The translations under genes and the position numbers were made by a program. A stretch of 63,999 nucleotides of DNA, filler included, from Reclinomonas americana ATCC 50394 (lineage: Eukaryota): NCBI GenBank assembly GCA_048213135.1. It is 12 parts of 12 records of this genome, joined end to end, with 100 filler letters (N's around TTAATTAATTAA, not from the genome) between each part and the next. Parts side by side here need not be neighbours in the genome. Positions count along the whole stretch, not along the records: positions 44,959 to 57,914 come from AFZH01021932.1; positions 58,015 to 59,028 come from AFZH01021933.1; 10 more parts are not named here. One strand, given 5' to 3'. Positions within the stretch are counted from its first letter, which is position 1. Every line of letters starts with the position of its first letter. The notes below the pieces were generated by a model. That model ran no database searches, was not told where the DNA came from, and saw nothing but the letters and a program-made list of their open reading frames with translations. This document shows positions 44,859-58,393 of this stretch, piece by piece.

Positions 44859-45127
44859 NNNNNNNNNNNNNNNNNNNNNNNNNNNNNNNNNNNNNNNNNN
44901 NNTTAATTAATTAANNNNNNNNNNNNNNNNNNNNNNNNNNNNNNNNNNNNNNNNNNNNCCGTTTATCGTCGTTTATGTGTGCTCACATGATGTTGTAATC
45001 GTGACACACGGGTTTCTTTATCTGTGCTGTTCTACATCGTGAGGTGCCACCTCCTCCTCCTCTCTCTCTCTCGCATTCTCCCTCCCTTTCCCCCTTTACT
45101 CTTTTTCTAACGTGCTCCATTCCGCAG

Positions 45128-46568
45128 CCCGCTCCCGACTACGGCACGGGCGCTCGTGAGATGGCCTGGATGCGCGACACGTACGAGGCGTTTAACCCGG
45201 AGGATCTGCACGGTGCGGGCTGTGTGACGGGCAAGCCGGTGGAGCACGGTGGCATCAATGGACGTGAGAGTGCCACGGGTGCGGTCGAGCGCACACCCAA
45301 GTGTTTTGTCACGATTTTCTGACTTGATCACATGTGCAGGTCTCGGCGTCTACTTTGGTGTGCGCGAGTGCCTGAAAAACGAGGCCGACATGGCGCGCAT
45401 TGGCATGAAGCCTGGATTGGCCGGCAAGACGTGTATTATCCAGGGCTTCGGCAACGTCGGCTCCTTCACTGCCGAATTCATGGAGCGTGCCGGTGCCAAG
45501 ATCATTGGTCTGGCAGAGCACAACTCCGCCATTTTCCACCCCAACGGTTTGCCGGGTCACCTCATTGTCTCGCCCTCACGCTTGTTATTCACAATGCACT
45601 CGCACAGGTATCTCGGTTGACGACGCCAAGGCGTACTTCCGCGGCAACCGCACTTTTGAGGGCATGTCCGGCGTGCAGCACATTGACCCGTTCGATGTTG
45701 CGTCGAGTTGCGCTCTCCGTGGCCTCGTCCGTCTCTCACACTGCCTTTGCTGCAGTGCCTCACCCGCGAGTGTGACATTCTCGTGCCGGCGGCTCTCGAG
45801 CGCACGGTGCATCTCAACAATGCCCACCTGCTGAAGGCCAAGGTCATTGCGGAGGCCGCCAATGGCCCCCTGACGCCCGGTGGCGAGAAGATTCTCCTCG
45901 AGAAGAGTGCGTGTTATTATGTGTGTGCGGTCTTCCTCTCTTCTCCTTCCTCGTCCTCACGCGCATGCGGCAGATGTGCTGATCATTCCCGACATTTTCC
46001 TGAACGCGGGCGGCGTGACGGTGTCGTACTTTGAGTGGCTGCGCAACCTGTCGCACGTGCGCTTTGGCCTCTTGGTTCGTGACACTTTGTTTGTTAATAA
46101 GTCAGTGGGTGAGCGAGTGAGTGTTGCTCATCGCAAGCCCACCCCCAGAACAAGCGCTTCGAGGCGTCGGGCAAGCAGCGCCTGCTGGATTCGATCGAAA
46201 ATGCCACCGGAAACAAGGTGGCCGATCGCATCCGCAACGAGCTGATGGAGGGAGTTGCGTGTCGCGTTGCTTGATGCAGATGTCATGAAGGTTGTCGTTT
46301 GACATGGCGCGCGTGACACAGGCCAACGAGCTGAAGATTGTGCAATCGGGTCTGGAGGAGACCATGGTGACGGCGTACCAAGAAATGTCGCAGACGGCAC
46401 AGATGAAGAAGTGCGACATGCGCACCGCCGCGTTTTACAATGTTGCGCCCTTGTCAATTGGTGCTGTTTGAAGAGACAGGTCGACTCGTCGCTCACCTTA
46501 CTCATTGTCGTCCACAGGCCATCGCCAAAATCGAGAAGGCGTACGAGCAGCTCGGCATCTTCCCGTAA
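45128..46568 (+). CDS. GLUD: Glutamate dehydrogenase (GLUD1-type), C-terminal two thirds
   Basis: [83 protein letters not shown] at 46566-46568. Confidence 0.95.
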
Positions 46569-46734
46569 AATCTCCACCCTGTCCCTTTTTTCCTGCTCCC
46601 TCGCGTGTTTCTGTGTTAGTTTTTTTGTGTCTATTATACCCTTCGCTGGATTTCCCCCTCTGCGTCACTCTTGACTGCCTAATACACAAGAGAGAACGAC
46701 GTATCGACTGTCACAGGACCACAATCACACAATA

Positions 46735-47606
46735 ATGGCCTCGTCGAGCGCAGGCAGTGCTGAACGCAAGGGACCCAGCTTGCGAGTGATCACACAGCGA
46801 GTGGAGAGCGCTCGCCTGCTCGTTGTTTCGTCTCAGCATCATTGATGGGAAAGGAGCGACAGACAACTCACTCACCTTGTCTTCCCACCACCATTACCAG
46901 GACAACGAAGACGAGTGGGTGCACATTCGAGCTGGCGTCATCTTCTACGTGTCCTTCTTCCGCGATGCCGATCCCGACATCCCAGAGAAAGCAGGTGAGC
47001 CATTGAGACAGAGTGATTGATCCGAGTGATTGCTTACTTCTCGTGCATGCAGCTGCTGAGCTGGTCCTCGCCAAGATCTACAAAAAGCCCGTCACAGAGG
47101 AGAGTGGATCCATCAAGAGCCTCGGGTTGGATGGTGAGTGGTGCATTTCACTGCGCAGAGAGAGAAAGAGTGCTGTCAGACTGACAGTGGCCTGTCAGTG
47201 ATGGTCATTCCGCAGTTTTCGATGGTCGGCAAGGCGCGTCTTTCGATCCCTTGCATGCGTCGCTTCATATGTGCATTTACTCACATCCTTTGTACCTCAG
47301 ATAAAGGGCAAGGGCATGCAGTACCACGCGGCCATGGACAAGGACGAGTGCGAAGAGTACTACACGCGATTCGTCATGGCCTTGGTGGGGGAGCTCGGCG
47401 GCAGGCTGCTGTCGCGCGGCAATGCCACTGGCACCGAGAGCGTGGGCGCAGCGGAGAATGTCATTGCTGTCGGCACCTACGGTGCGTACACGCTGCCCGG
47501 CACGCGGGATGCAATGGTCGCTGACCGTCGTGTGTTCTGTGCAGGCAATCGTCAGGGTCTGCATTTCGACAGCCCCGGACCCTTCACCCACGTCCTAGAA
47601 TTCTGA
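46735..47606 (+). CDS. DTD2: D-aminoacyl-tRNA deacylase, DTD2/ATD-like
   Basis: LRVITQRVESARL, VMVIPQFSMVGK-IKGKGMQYH, GTYGNRQGL, GPFTHVLEF. One GC-AG intron. Confidence 0.85.
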
Positions 47607-47656
47607 ATAAACACAAACAGGTACAGCTGTACACTACTGCTACTTGCGGAGGTCGG

Positions 47657-48842
47657 CTATACTCCATTGACCGCCGTGGGCAGTGACGATGGTGGCGGTA
47701 GTTGCCGATTGTTGCGCGCGCTGTTGGAGGACAACAGAATGTCGCCGCCCCAGTACCGCTCGAACCGTGGATCCGCCCACGCGACGGCGATCATCGGTCC
47801 CAGCGTGCACGGCACGAGGTACAGCAGCGCCGGCTGCGCCGCACTGGTCATGTAGACGGCCAGGAACGAGAGCAACAGACCGCCCATGTAGCCGGTGAGC
47901 GCCCACATGAAGAAGCCCTCGATGCGATACCACGGCCGACCCACGGCACAATCGTAGCGCAGCGCCAGGCACACCAGCATGCCTGGCATCACAATGTCGC
48001 CGAGTCCCAGCATGGAGAAGCCGTCGCCACGCGGGAACAGCAGCTTGATGGGCAAATCGACTTGCGTCGCCACCGTCACCATCACGTTCTTGCCAAACAC
48101 CGGCTGCGAGTAGAACACCCAGAAAATGTCGTACACAAACAGCGCCGACAGCAGCAGCGAGGCCACCTTCAGACTCGGCAGGCGCAGAAAGGCAATCGTC
48201 GACACGCACATGGCCATGCCGAGCACTGGGGAGTCAGGTCAGAAGCACAACTAAACACAGCAGGCGCATCGGTTTGTGGCTTACGAAACGATTGTTGATC
48301 ACCCAATGCCCACTGGTGGACCACCACAGCGCCAGTGCGAGGACCGCCACACACATGGCGACCACATCCAGCGCAGAGCACGAGCACCAGCCTCCACATC
48401 GCTGCGATTGCGCATCACTGCCTCCTCCGTTCGGTATCACAACGCTCTCCGATACAACTGATGATGATGACTGAGGGAAGCACCACAGCTGTGCAAGCCA
48501 CGGGTGCACACAAAAGGCGACGGCAAAGGCCGACGAGAGCATGAAACACGCCGTCAACACGACAATCGCCGTCGACACAAAGTAGAACAAGACGAGCAGG
48601 ACCACAGAGGAGACAAGTGGCAGCACAATCGCCGATCGCAGAGACAGACTGGCGATGCCTGTGAGAGACGAGAGAGAGTGTGTGTGTGTGAGACTGCAGT
48701 TGTCGATGACTGAGCGACACTTGTCAAAACCTTTCTGCTCTTCGGATTCCCCTGGCATCTCATCGAGTGCTCTTGCGCGCAGTGAGCCGTAGAGGATGGT
48801 CAGCGTTGCACACGCCATGACTACGAACAAGTTCGACTCCAT
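47657..48842 (-). CDS. Signal peptide peptidase (SPP/SPPL) GxGD aspartyl protease
   Basis: LFVYDIFWVF, MLGLGDIVMPG, AQPALLYLVP. Confidence 0.93.
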
Positions 48843-48929
48843 CGCCTTTCTCTCTCTTCTCGCCTTCCTCGTGAAATCCACAGTCCGTTGGTCTGTCGCT
48901 GATTATTGTGTGTGTGTGTGCGCGCTTGC

Positions 48930-51900
48930 ATGTCGTCGCTGCTGCATGTGCTCGAGTCCGAGCTGAAGCACGTCAGCAGCGAGTCGCGACGCAAGCTGCC
49001 CAATGTCAAAGAGGTGCGCGTGTGAACGAACATGAACGAGCCATTTCCTCTCTCTCACTCTCGCTCGCTCGCTCGCTCACTCAGGCCGCTGATCGTGCAC
49101 TGGTGGAGGTCAAGCGACTGGCCGACAGTCTGCACGGACAGCCGCTGGATGCAATCGTGCAAGGTGTGTGTGTCTCTGTGTCTCTGTCGCTCATTGTGAG
49201 TGTGATTGATGAAGGTCTTGGCAGCAATCCGCGATACCTCGGATGTGTACTCGCCACTCATCCTCGCCACGCTCTCCAACAACACCAAGCTGGTACAGTC
49301 GGCGCTCGGGTGCCTGCAGAAGGTCCTGTCGCACGGCGGCGTGGCCAAGGTTTGAGTGCTCACACTCCACTCATCACGCACACGTGTGTGTGTGTCGCTG
49401 ACTCTCTCTCCATCTTGTAGCGCGACCTGCCGGAGGTGCTGGAGGCTGTCATGCACCAGAGCGACTGTGGAGAGGAGATTGTGCAGCTCAAGGTCATTCA
49501 GACGCTGCTGACGGTGATGACATCGCCGTCGTATCACTTGCCGGATGCGCTCTTGTCGGGGGTTGCGTCGTTGCTGCGTGCGAGGCAAGCACACGGGCCT
49601 TGTGTTGTTGATGCCTGTTATTGCATTTGTGTGCAGTGCTTGCGAGTGTGCTTCCTGTTGCATCGCAATCGCAGTCCGATGATTCACCACACGGCGGCGG
49701 CGACGGTGCGACAGGTGGTCAACCTGTTGTACGATCGCCTGGAGCAGTCGATGAACACGGACATTGCGTCGTCGCCGGACCCAGCTGCGGCGGAGAAGCT
49801 GCTGGAGGATCGTCGTCGCACCGGGTACTTGTTCTTCCAGGATCTGTTGAGCCTGGTCGACGGCAAGAGTGGCGACTGGCTGAGCATGCGACCGGGAGTG
49901 CTGAATCTGCGCTTTGGTATCGAGCTGTTGGAGTTGGTGTTGTCGCATCCCGTTGCTTTGAAGGTCAGTGGGAGCGCGCGTTGTGTGCGATCGTGAAGTC
50001 GGCGGAGTCGACTCACGTGGAGGAGTGCAGGAGGAACCGTTCTTGCCGACCATCGCGTACCGCCTGAGTCCGTTCCTGCTGTCGTCGATTCGCAGTCAGA
50101 TGAGCGACTTTGGCAACCTGGTGCGCCTCATTCGTGTCGGCGTCGTGCTGATGACGCACTACACGCAGTACATTGTTGCGTGGCGTGCATCACGCGTGTC
50201 ATTATTTGGCGGTGTTGTTGTCTCACTCGCCGCTGCGTGCGCAGCCGGAGCAAACGCGCGACTTTTTCGACTTTCTCACGAAAATGGCCAACGGCGACTA
50301 CGAGCGCAGCGTGCTGGTGTGGCCGTGCGTGCTGGCAGTGGACGCACTGCGCTGCATGTTGAAGATTCCGCGCATGGCCGAGTTCCTGTTTGAGACATTC
50401 GACATGGGGCGGGCGAATCGGCCGTCGGCGGTGTTTGGCTGCTTGGCCAACGCCATTGGTAGCTTTGTGAAGCGCATCTACGAGTCGCAGCCGGGACCCA
50501 TCACCATTAGCTTGCAGACGAAGCGATTCGGCGGGTGAGTGTAGCGCTTGAACACTGTCGTGTAGCGGCGACTCACGCGCTGCACACTGTAGATTGGAAT
50601 TGCTGAATGACACGGATATCATGGCGCCGGGAGTTTTGGTGAATGCCGAGAGCGCACTGTTCCTGGGTCTGGAGGCGGTCTCGCTGGTGGTGGAGTCGTA
50701 TTCTCGCACTTGTGGATTGCTGGAGACGTTGGATAATCCGACGAGTGGCAGCACGCCGTCGTCACCGACTCTGGCGCGCACCGAGCCACCGGGAACACCA
50801 TCGGGCTCCATGGTGAGATTACGCAGTGGATGGTGTTGGTGGGAGGGCGAAGCTGACTTTTTGGATGGTCTCATCAGTCGCAACTGTTGGCTCGCTCCCT
50901 TTCGACGCTCGCTGCCGACATGGTGCCGTTGCGCACCGATGCTGTGGCGGCCGAGGTGAGTGCTGTGTTTTAGCATGACTGCTCGTGGCAAGGGCATGTG
51001 CTTATCTATACCTTGCTGCAGCCTGCGTCTGGCTCTGGCGCTTCAGGATCGGGAGTGTCGGCTCGTCCAGATGACGCCGTTGCGTCTGTGCTGCTGCTCT
51101 CGCGCTCTCATCAAGCACCACAGTCTCTTATCCTCATTTGTTCGCTTTCAGTCACAGACAGTGGCTTCTGCGCCGCCTGGCAGTGGAAACGAGGACTCCA
51201 GCTTGTCGGAGCCACCGACGGGTGTGGAGTCGGTGCGTTGGCTCTCCTTGTTATCTCAGGTGTCGTTGTTGCCTTTCTCTCATCCTCCCGTGCGTGCAGT
51301 CGGCTGCCGACGACACGGAGGAAGCGGACAGTGATCCTGTCTCTCTGCTGATCCGGCGCTGTGTGGAGGAGGCCGTGCGGCGTGGTATCTCCATGGCCAT
51401 TTCGTCGACCGGCCCCGTGCAGCCGTCATCTCGTGGCGCTGACGCTACGGACAGTGAGGGTCACGATGCGCTGACGGAGGACCAGGATATGGCCGACGGC
51501 GATGCGGGTGCTGGCATTGAAGATGTGGAGCAGGACAGTGATGAGGATCAGCGCAGTTCACCCGTGCCCGACGAGGCTGCCGCTGTGGAGACGGAACAGG
51601 TATGATTATCCCTCTTGTCTGTCTCTCCCTCATTGTAACCAGCGCTGATTCGCGTCGTGACGCAGGACGTGTCTACGCCGTCACGCCCCACTGCACCCAA
51701 GGTTGACGCGCCGTCGCCGCTGCAGCTGACGCCGTCGGCAGCCACCGACGAGGGCGGTCGCAGCCAGTCCGACCTTGCAGGATCGTCGTCGTCGTGGGAG
51801 ACGCCGTCGAATCTCGGCAAGGGACCGGAATTGCTGCGGATTCACTCAAAGACCAAGGACGAGGACATTTCGGTGAGTGCTGGCTGATTTTTGGATGTGA

Positions 51901-54900
51901 GGAAGGAGATGGGTTGTGGTGGTCTCATGGCCTTGTGCGTACGCAGCTGTGCAAGAAAATGGTGGAGTCGAGCTGGTGGTCGCTGCTCGCAGCCATTGGC
52001 AGTCTGCTGGAACGCACACGCAACGAGGAGATTTTGTCGTCGGTGCTCCGCCTGTACCACGTGTTCATTCACGTGTGTGGAGTGACGGGTCTGACGCAAC
52101 CTCGTGATGCGTTGCTCACGTCGCTGTGCCGGTGAGTCCATCACCGTTTGTTTTGCTGAAATTGGTTGTCTGACTTGAGTGTGCGCGCAACAGCTTCACG
52201 CTGCCAGTGTCGGAGGATCCGCGTCCGGAGGATGATGCCGCGGTGGGCACGGAGAAGGGAGTGATGACCCCGAAGAATGTGCAAGTGATGAAGGTATGAT
52301 GTCTTGTGTGCCTGCGATTCGCTTGGGTAGCTTTGTCTGATGGTTGTGATGTGTCGGTGACAGGCACTCTTCAAAGTGGCCATCAAACTCGGCTCGCTCC
52401 TCGGCAGCTCGTGGTACCTGCTGTTGAAGAACTTGCAGCAACTTGACACGCTGCTGTATCCGGTGATGCCGAGTCAGCAGGCGGTGAAGGGCGCCAACGA
52501 GGGCACCACACAGGAACTGTCGGTACGTGTGTCTCTCGCTGGCGAGTAGGATATCATCTCTCGCGGTTATCTCATCGTCGTCGTGCATGCAGATTCTGAG
52601 CGACTCGCTTGCCACGCTCTTCTCCAAGAGTGTGGACCTGGACGAGGAGGCACTCGTGCACTTGTTGTTGGCACTGACGCAATTGTCGGCCGACACACTC
52701 ACCTCGCCTTCGTTCAAGCTCATGTCGTCGACGGTACGTTTGTGTGTGCGTGCAGCCTGATTCTCGCTCTGTCTGTGATTTCCTCATGTGATCACCGCAG
52801 GCGCCTCGCATGTTCGGCACGAGCAAACTGGTGGAGACCGCCAAGTACAACGTGCACCGCATCGGCAACATCTGGGAGTTCACGACACAGCACCTGGTGT
52901 CTGTGGCACGACACGATGTTTCGTGATTGTTGTTGTTGTTGTTGATGATTGTGTGCCGCCTTGGTCGCTCACTGTGAACAGAATGCCGCTGTGCGCGCCT
53001 TCGCCGTGGAGAGTATGGGAGCCATTGTGCGCGCCACGCTTGCCGACCCCAACAATGCGCACATGGAGGAGGTTCGTGTTGTGGGCGTCGGTTCTGTGGG
53101 TCGCATGTGCGAACACCATCTGAGCGTGTTCGCGTGTGAGCAGAAGGCATTGATTCCGTTCCAGCGGCTGTTTGAGAATGTCGAATTCCCGGATCTGCAC
53201 GAGAATCTGCTCACGCAACTGAGCAGCATCATTCGCAGTGTGGGACCGGTGCGTTTTGGGAGGGCAGATGACTGTGATGTGGCTTTTCCTCAGCTCACCC
53301 GGCTTTCGATTGTGCGCAGCAATTGACCACAAGCTGGGAAATCGTGCTTCAAGTGCTCTCGCAAGTCGGCAAGGAAGGTCGCCGCAACGAGATTCTGATT
53401 GGATGGGAGAGCATTCAGCTGATTGTGACCGACTATGCCAACAAGTTCCCCACTGTTTGTGCGTCGGCTGGAGAGATGTATCGTCTGTAGCTATTGATCA
53501 TGAAACTCAACCGCTGTTCGTTTCTCGTGCAGCCAATCTACTGATGCTGATCAAGGTCGTTGGCAGCTTCTCGCACCAGCGCGAGGAAGTCAACATTGCG
53601 CTGTCGTCCATGAACTTTTTGTGGAACCTGTCGGATTTGCTGGCGTCGCGTGTCTCGTTGCGTCGTCAAAATGGGGGGCGTGGCTCCCACACAACATTCG
53701 CTGACAGACCACGCAGGGCTGGCGCGCCGGAGATCCGCGCATTGTGGCAAGTGCTCTTTGCCGAGCTGCAAGTGAGTTCGTGGGACAACCGACCGGAGGT
53801 GCGTCACTGCGGCATTCGTACCGTGTTCTCCACGGTGGTACGCCATGGCGCCGGATTCAGCGAGGAGCTGTGGACCGAGTGCTTGTTGGCCGTTGCGTTG
53901 ACGATTCATGACTATCTCTCGTTCGTGGTGACGTGCTGCTGCTCACGCTTCTCGTCACCGCACAGATTCTCATCCCTCTTGTCAAGCAAGTGGAGATGTT
54001 TGCCGACAGTGCGTCGGAGGAGGAAGAGCCGGAGGATGGCAGTGGTCAAATGTTGCGTTTGTAAAGAGACTATATTGTACTCAGTTTCTCTTGTGCCTCA
54101 CACTCTATGGATGCAGTATGAAGCACTGGAGTCGCAACTCGGCGGCGAAGCAGTGGGATGAGACTCGCGCAGTGGCACTGGCTGGGGTCACGCACATGTA
54201 CAAAATGCTTTATGTGCATCTCAGGTACGTGTGCGAGGCGAGAGCGAATGGGTGAGCGGGTGGGTGAAATAAGTTGCTCATTTCATGTGCGCAGCAAATT
54301 GGAGTGTTTTGCGGAGAGCATTCAGCTGCTCACCGAGCATGCAGCGAACGGAGTGTTGCATCCGGCCAAGGATGTGCACAGGGTTGCGTCGCTCGAGTGC
54401 AGCTTGATTGTCGCAATCGTTTCTTGCCACTCATGTTGCATTTGTGTGCCAGATTGCCATTCGCGGTGTGCTCGACATGCTGCTCAGTGCCAATGAAGCC
54501 GAGGCTGGACAGCCGGCATCGGAGTCGTTGATGGTGGTGTGGAAGTTGGTGTGGCACATCTGGGAGGCCTTGGCGGCGTACCTCTCGCTCACTCCGTGCA
54601 GTTGCGTAATCTCCCTGCTTTGCGTCGTCGTCCTCTGTCGACTCACGCCGCCTTGTCGGACGCAGGTGCGGGGAAGCCGCGAAGTGTACTGGAGGCGTTG
54701 ACACCAATTGTTTCGGTGCAAAAGGCCTTGCAGCGCGGCACGAAGAACAACCCCGACCTTGTGAAATTCTTTATTAATGGTGTGAAGGAGGCGTATGAGC
54801 TGATGCGAGGCCGCTTTACCAGTCCAGATTGTGTTCGGTACGTGCTGGCTCGTGTAGGTGCATCATTTACAGTCCACGTGCTGACTTTCTTCACACAGGT

Positions 54901-56223
54901 TGATATCCATTCTCAACAAGTGCCTGTACTGCGAGTCGTCGGTCTCCGACACCATGGATGGCTTCCCGACTCCTGCGCAAAAGGCCGTGCTCAGCACCAT
55001 TCGTGTGTTGGTGAGTGGAGTTCATGTTGTGACAGTTGTGTTCGCCCGCGACTCATGTGCATGCATGACAGCCTCCGTTCCTCGACGACGACATGTGGGC
55101 GAGATACTACGAGCAAATTCTGCAATACTTGCCGCAGCGAGCCGACACCGTGGCCGATCTGACTCGCATGCCGGCTCTCGAATACTCCAGTGCGGTCCTC
55201 AATCTGGCCTTGGACATGTACCAGACGTTGCCACACAATGGTGCGTTTTTATCCTGGCTTGTGCATGTTTGGCTGACGCTTCTCTTACTTTTCGATCAAC
55301 GACAGTCAAGATGCACATGTTCCTCGGCCTCATGCACACACTCGGCGTGTGTTTGGAGACGAAGCAGCACGCGGAGAAGTATCTGCTCTGGCGTGAATCG
55401 GTGGCGCTGTTCCAGAATCAATGCCGCGTCACGCTGCCGCAGTACAATGGTTTGCACAATGAGCGTTCCGCCTTCGTCCATTGGTGCCTCACCCAGTCTT
55501 GGCGCGCGTGCGCAACAGAGTACACGGCCGCGGATGCGAGCAAGCGCGAGGCTGCCTGGGTGCTGGTGTCATCGGTGATTACCCGCTTTGTGACGGACAA
55601 GCGGCAGATTGCGTGGATCTTTGTGCCGGAGGAGGAGTCCATGTTGCGCCTGGTTGGCCGCACGCTGCTGGTGCTCACCAATGGTCGCTCGCGTGAGCGC
55701 CTGTTCAAGCTGCTGCAGACGTGCACGTTGAGTGTGCGTCACACGCAGTCGGTGCGTGTGCGCAGTCTCGAATCGCTTCTGCGCTGGTGCTCCAACACGG
55801 CGGCCCCGAGCGACGCACCGCACATGGACGAGGCGCTGCGCAACGAAATCGCCTTGCGCGCCTTCCCCTACCTGCGTGCCTGCTGCGACGACATTGTCAT
55901 GCGCTTCCTCGACGATGCACGCCGCAGCGGCTCGTGCCCACTGGCACGCAATCAGCTGGACCTCTTCCGCTACCTGTGTCAGTCGCTCATGAAGGCCGAC
56001 TTCCCGCACCACGCGGTGGCCGCCGAGCAGCCACATGCACGGATAGGTGAGTTTCTGCGAGGAGAGTGTGTCTTGCGTGTGTGTGTGCTGAACTGTCGCC
56101 GCAGAGTTGGTGATGCAAGTGTACCGCGCACTCACCGCCACACCCGGTCACGTGGATCAGCGTCTGGAATCAGTCACCACGGCGGTGATAGACGAGGTCG
56201 GCGCACTGCGTTTATCCACATGA
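48930..56223 (+). CDS. MON2: MON2/Ysl2 (Sec7-family-related scaffold), many short introns
   Basis: LESELKHVSSESRRKLPNVKEAADRAL, LKVIQTLL, HTAAATVRQVV, PRDALLTSLCRFTLP, TPKNVQVMKAL, EVNIALSSMNFLWNLSD, DNRPEVRHCGIRTVF. TGA at 56221-56223. Confidence 0.9.
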
Positions 56224-56321
56224 AATGGCAGCAGGCGTGAGAGAGGAATGAGAGATGGAGAAATGTAACAAGTGTGTCTCGCATTGGTTTACTTTGTCGT
56301 GCAGTGTGTTCTATTGTGTGC

Positions 56322-57394
56322 TCAGTCTATCACGTTAACCACCGGCCGCCATTCGCTCTCCGGCGCCTCGTACAGGAAAAATCGGTAGAGCGCGTCGAGT
56401 GCGGCCTCCTGTTCGCTTCTGGTTACGGTGGTGCCGGCACCCTGACCAAGGAACGTGTTCCCATTCTCGACGACCGACACGAACGGTGGCCCCTCGCTCA
56501 GCCTTCGGTAGACCGGTTTGGGGAGACCGAGACGCCAGCTCAGCAAGAACAGGTCGCGTTTCGGTTCGTGGACGGGCACAAAATCGCGCAGGTACAAGTG
56601 CTCCATGTCCTGTGTGGCACACGTGGAGCGTGAGGTCGACGAGGCACGGGAGGGAGTGAGAGACAGCGCATGCACAACTCCTCGCGGCGACTCGCGGTAC
56701 CGCCTCATGGCGACCGCATCGAGCTCGCTGGCATCCGGTCGCCTCCCCGCAATCAATCGCACCGGCATCAGCACGTGCGGCCACACCAGTCGCCTGAACG
56801 CCTCCTCCGGGCCCAGATCGCGACACGTTGCCGCCGCCAAACACTCAAACAGATTCGCCACCGTCTTGGACGCCGGTTCCATGCGCGACGCCGCCACGCC
56901 CGCGCGTGGCTGCAACGATGTGAGCAACAACGAAGGGGGAGAACGCCGAGCTGTACGACGCGAACCTCCCAGTCTCGTGAACAGTAGCTGGTCAAGTCGT
57001 CGAGGCCGAGTAGTCGTCCTCGTGAGACAAGCCACACGTTACTGGTGAACTGACTGTGCGCGTGGGAGGAGAAGGGTTGTCAGCTGTCGAGCAATGAAAC
57101 GAAATGCAGTGATAAAGAGCACGGAACGATGTGAGACTGTGGATGGTGCCAGCTGGCATATTGGGAAACCGCTTGAAAAAGTGCTCAGTGATGGACATGG
57201 CGAGGAACTTGTCGCCTGTGCGATGCATGCAAGGAAAGAGTGAGATGCGCGTGCATTCTCTCTTGCTTTTCTTCTCTCACACGCAAACCGAGAAACTCCA
57301 GACTTGAGTTCTTGGCGGCCTCGGCAGCTGCACGTGCAGTGCTCACAGGGAAGCCGAGACGACCGCTGACCACTGTGCGGAAGGCTCGTTGCAT
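56322..57394 (-). CDS. Probably mitochondrion-targeted RNase III-fold plus dsRBD protein (mL44 or mitochondrial RNase III)
   Basis: Presequence-like MQRAFRTVVSGRLG. Spliced NSSLEFLGDKFLAMSITEHFFKRFP..TVANLFECLAAATCRDLG. dsRBD: EPKRDL..PVYR..GQGAGTTVTRSEQEAALDAL. Confidence 0.78.
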
Positions 57395-57507
57395 GCTCTG
57401 AAGAGAATGAAGAAGGAAGGGGTTAGAGACAGACGTGCTCGCTCTGTCCACGACGTCTCGTCTGTCCTCAGTGTGTTTGTTTTGAATCAAGTTCACAGAG
57501 CGACGAC

Positions 57508-58393
57508 ATGGCGACTGCAGAGTACGATGAGGGCGAGGGCTTTGATGCCGAGGACGACCAGGTGAGCGCGCGCGAAAGGGGCGGGGAGAATGGAATGAGA
57601 GAGAGGGAGAGGCGCGGCCATGTCCGATCCTTGTTGTGTGTGTGTGTGTCTCTCTCTCTCTCTGTTGCTGCATGCTGGCACTCCTTGTGGTACGCACAGA
57701 GAGGAGCACACACGCACAGAGCATGCAGTGTGTGTGCACTGATCGCATCGCACCTGTTTCTCCGACATGTCACACTCTCTCTCACACACTCTCTCTCACA
57801 ATGTAGGCCGAGGAGGAGCGTTTGGCGGCTGGCTTTGGCGCCATGACGACAGCGGAGCAGATTGCATTCTTCCGCACGCGTCTCCCGCCCATGGAGCAAC
57901 TGTACGTGCACGAANNNNNNNNNNNNNNNNNNNNNNNNNNNNNNNNNNNNNNNNNNNNTTAATTAATTAANNNNNNNNNNNNNNNNNNNNNNNNNNNNNN
58001 NNNNNNNNNNNNNNTGCGTTTTTTACAGTTGCCTTTGACACGTTCGACTTGGACGGTCGCGGTGCGATCTCGGTGGCCAATGTGCGGTCGATTGTGCGGA
58101 ACCTGATGCGCGGCACCAACTACAGCGACGACTGGTGTCGTCAGCTCGCCTCGCAGCTCATCAACCAGATGGACACCAACGCCGACGGAACCATCTCCTT
58201 CAACGAGTTCTCCACTGCATGCCGCAAGAATCCCGAGCTGCTCAGCATTTTTGCGCTGGCCGTGCCCGAGCTGCTCATTTTGCCGAACGGAGTTGCGTGC
58301 ATACACGGGAAGGGGGAGAGCAAGGGTTATCAAGGGTGCTGACGTTGTGTTGTGTTGCAGCATGTGGTCAAGGTTTCACACGAGGAGGAATAA
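57508..58393 (+). CDS. EF-hand protein, calcineurin-B/CBL-like; spans a gap
   Basis: AFDTFDLDGRGAISV and MDTNADGTISFNEF EF-hands. 5' exons begin MATAEYDEGEG before the gap; linkage across the gap is inferred. Confidence 0.72.

Noticed and set aside
39590..46568. ABAT and GDH as a glutamate/GABA metabolic cluster
   Set aside because: They are separated by unrelated genes and a gap. Proximity is plausible by chance in a dense genome.
39590..56223. Stop-codon reassignment as the explanation for broken ORFs
   Set aside because: Every interruption I examined in conserved genes resolves as an intron, and TAA, TAG and TGA all end genes.
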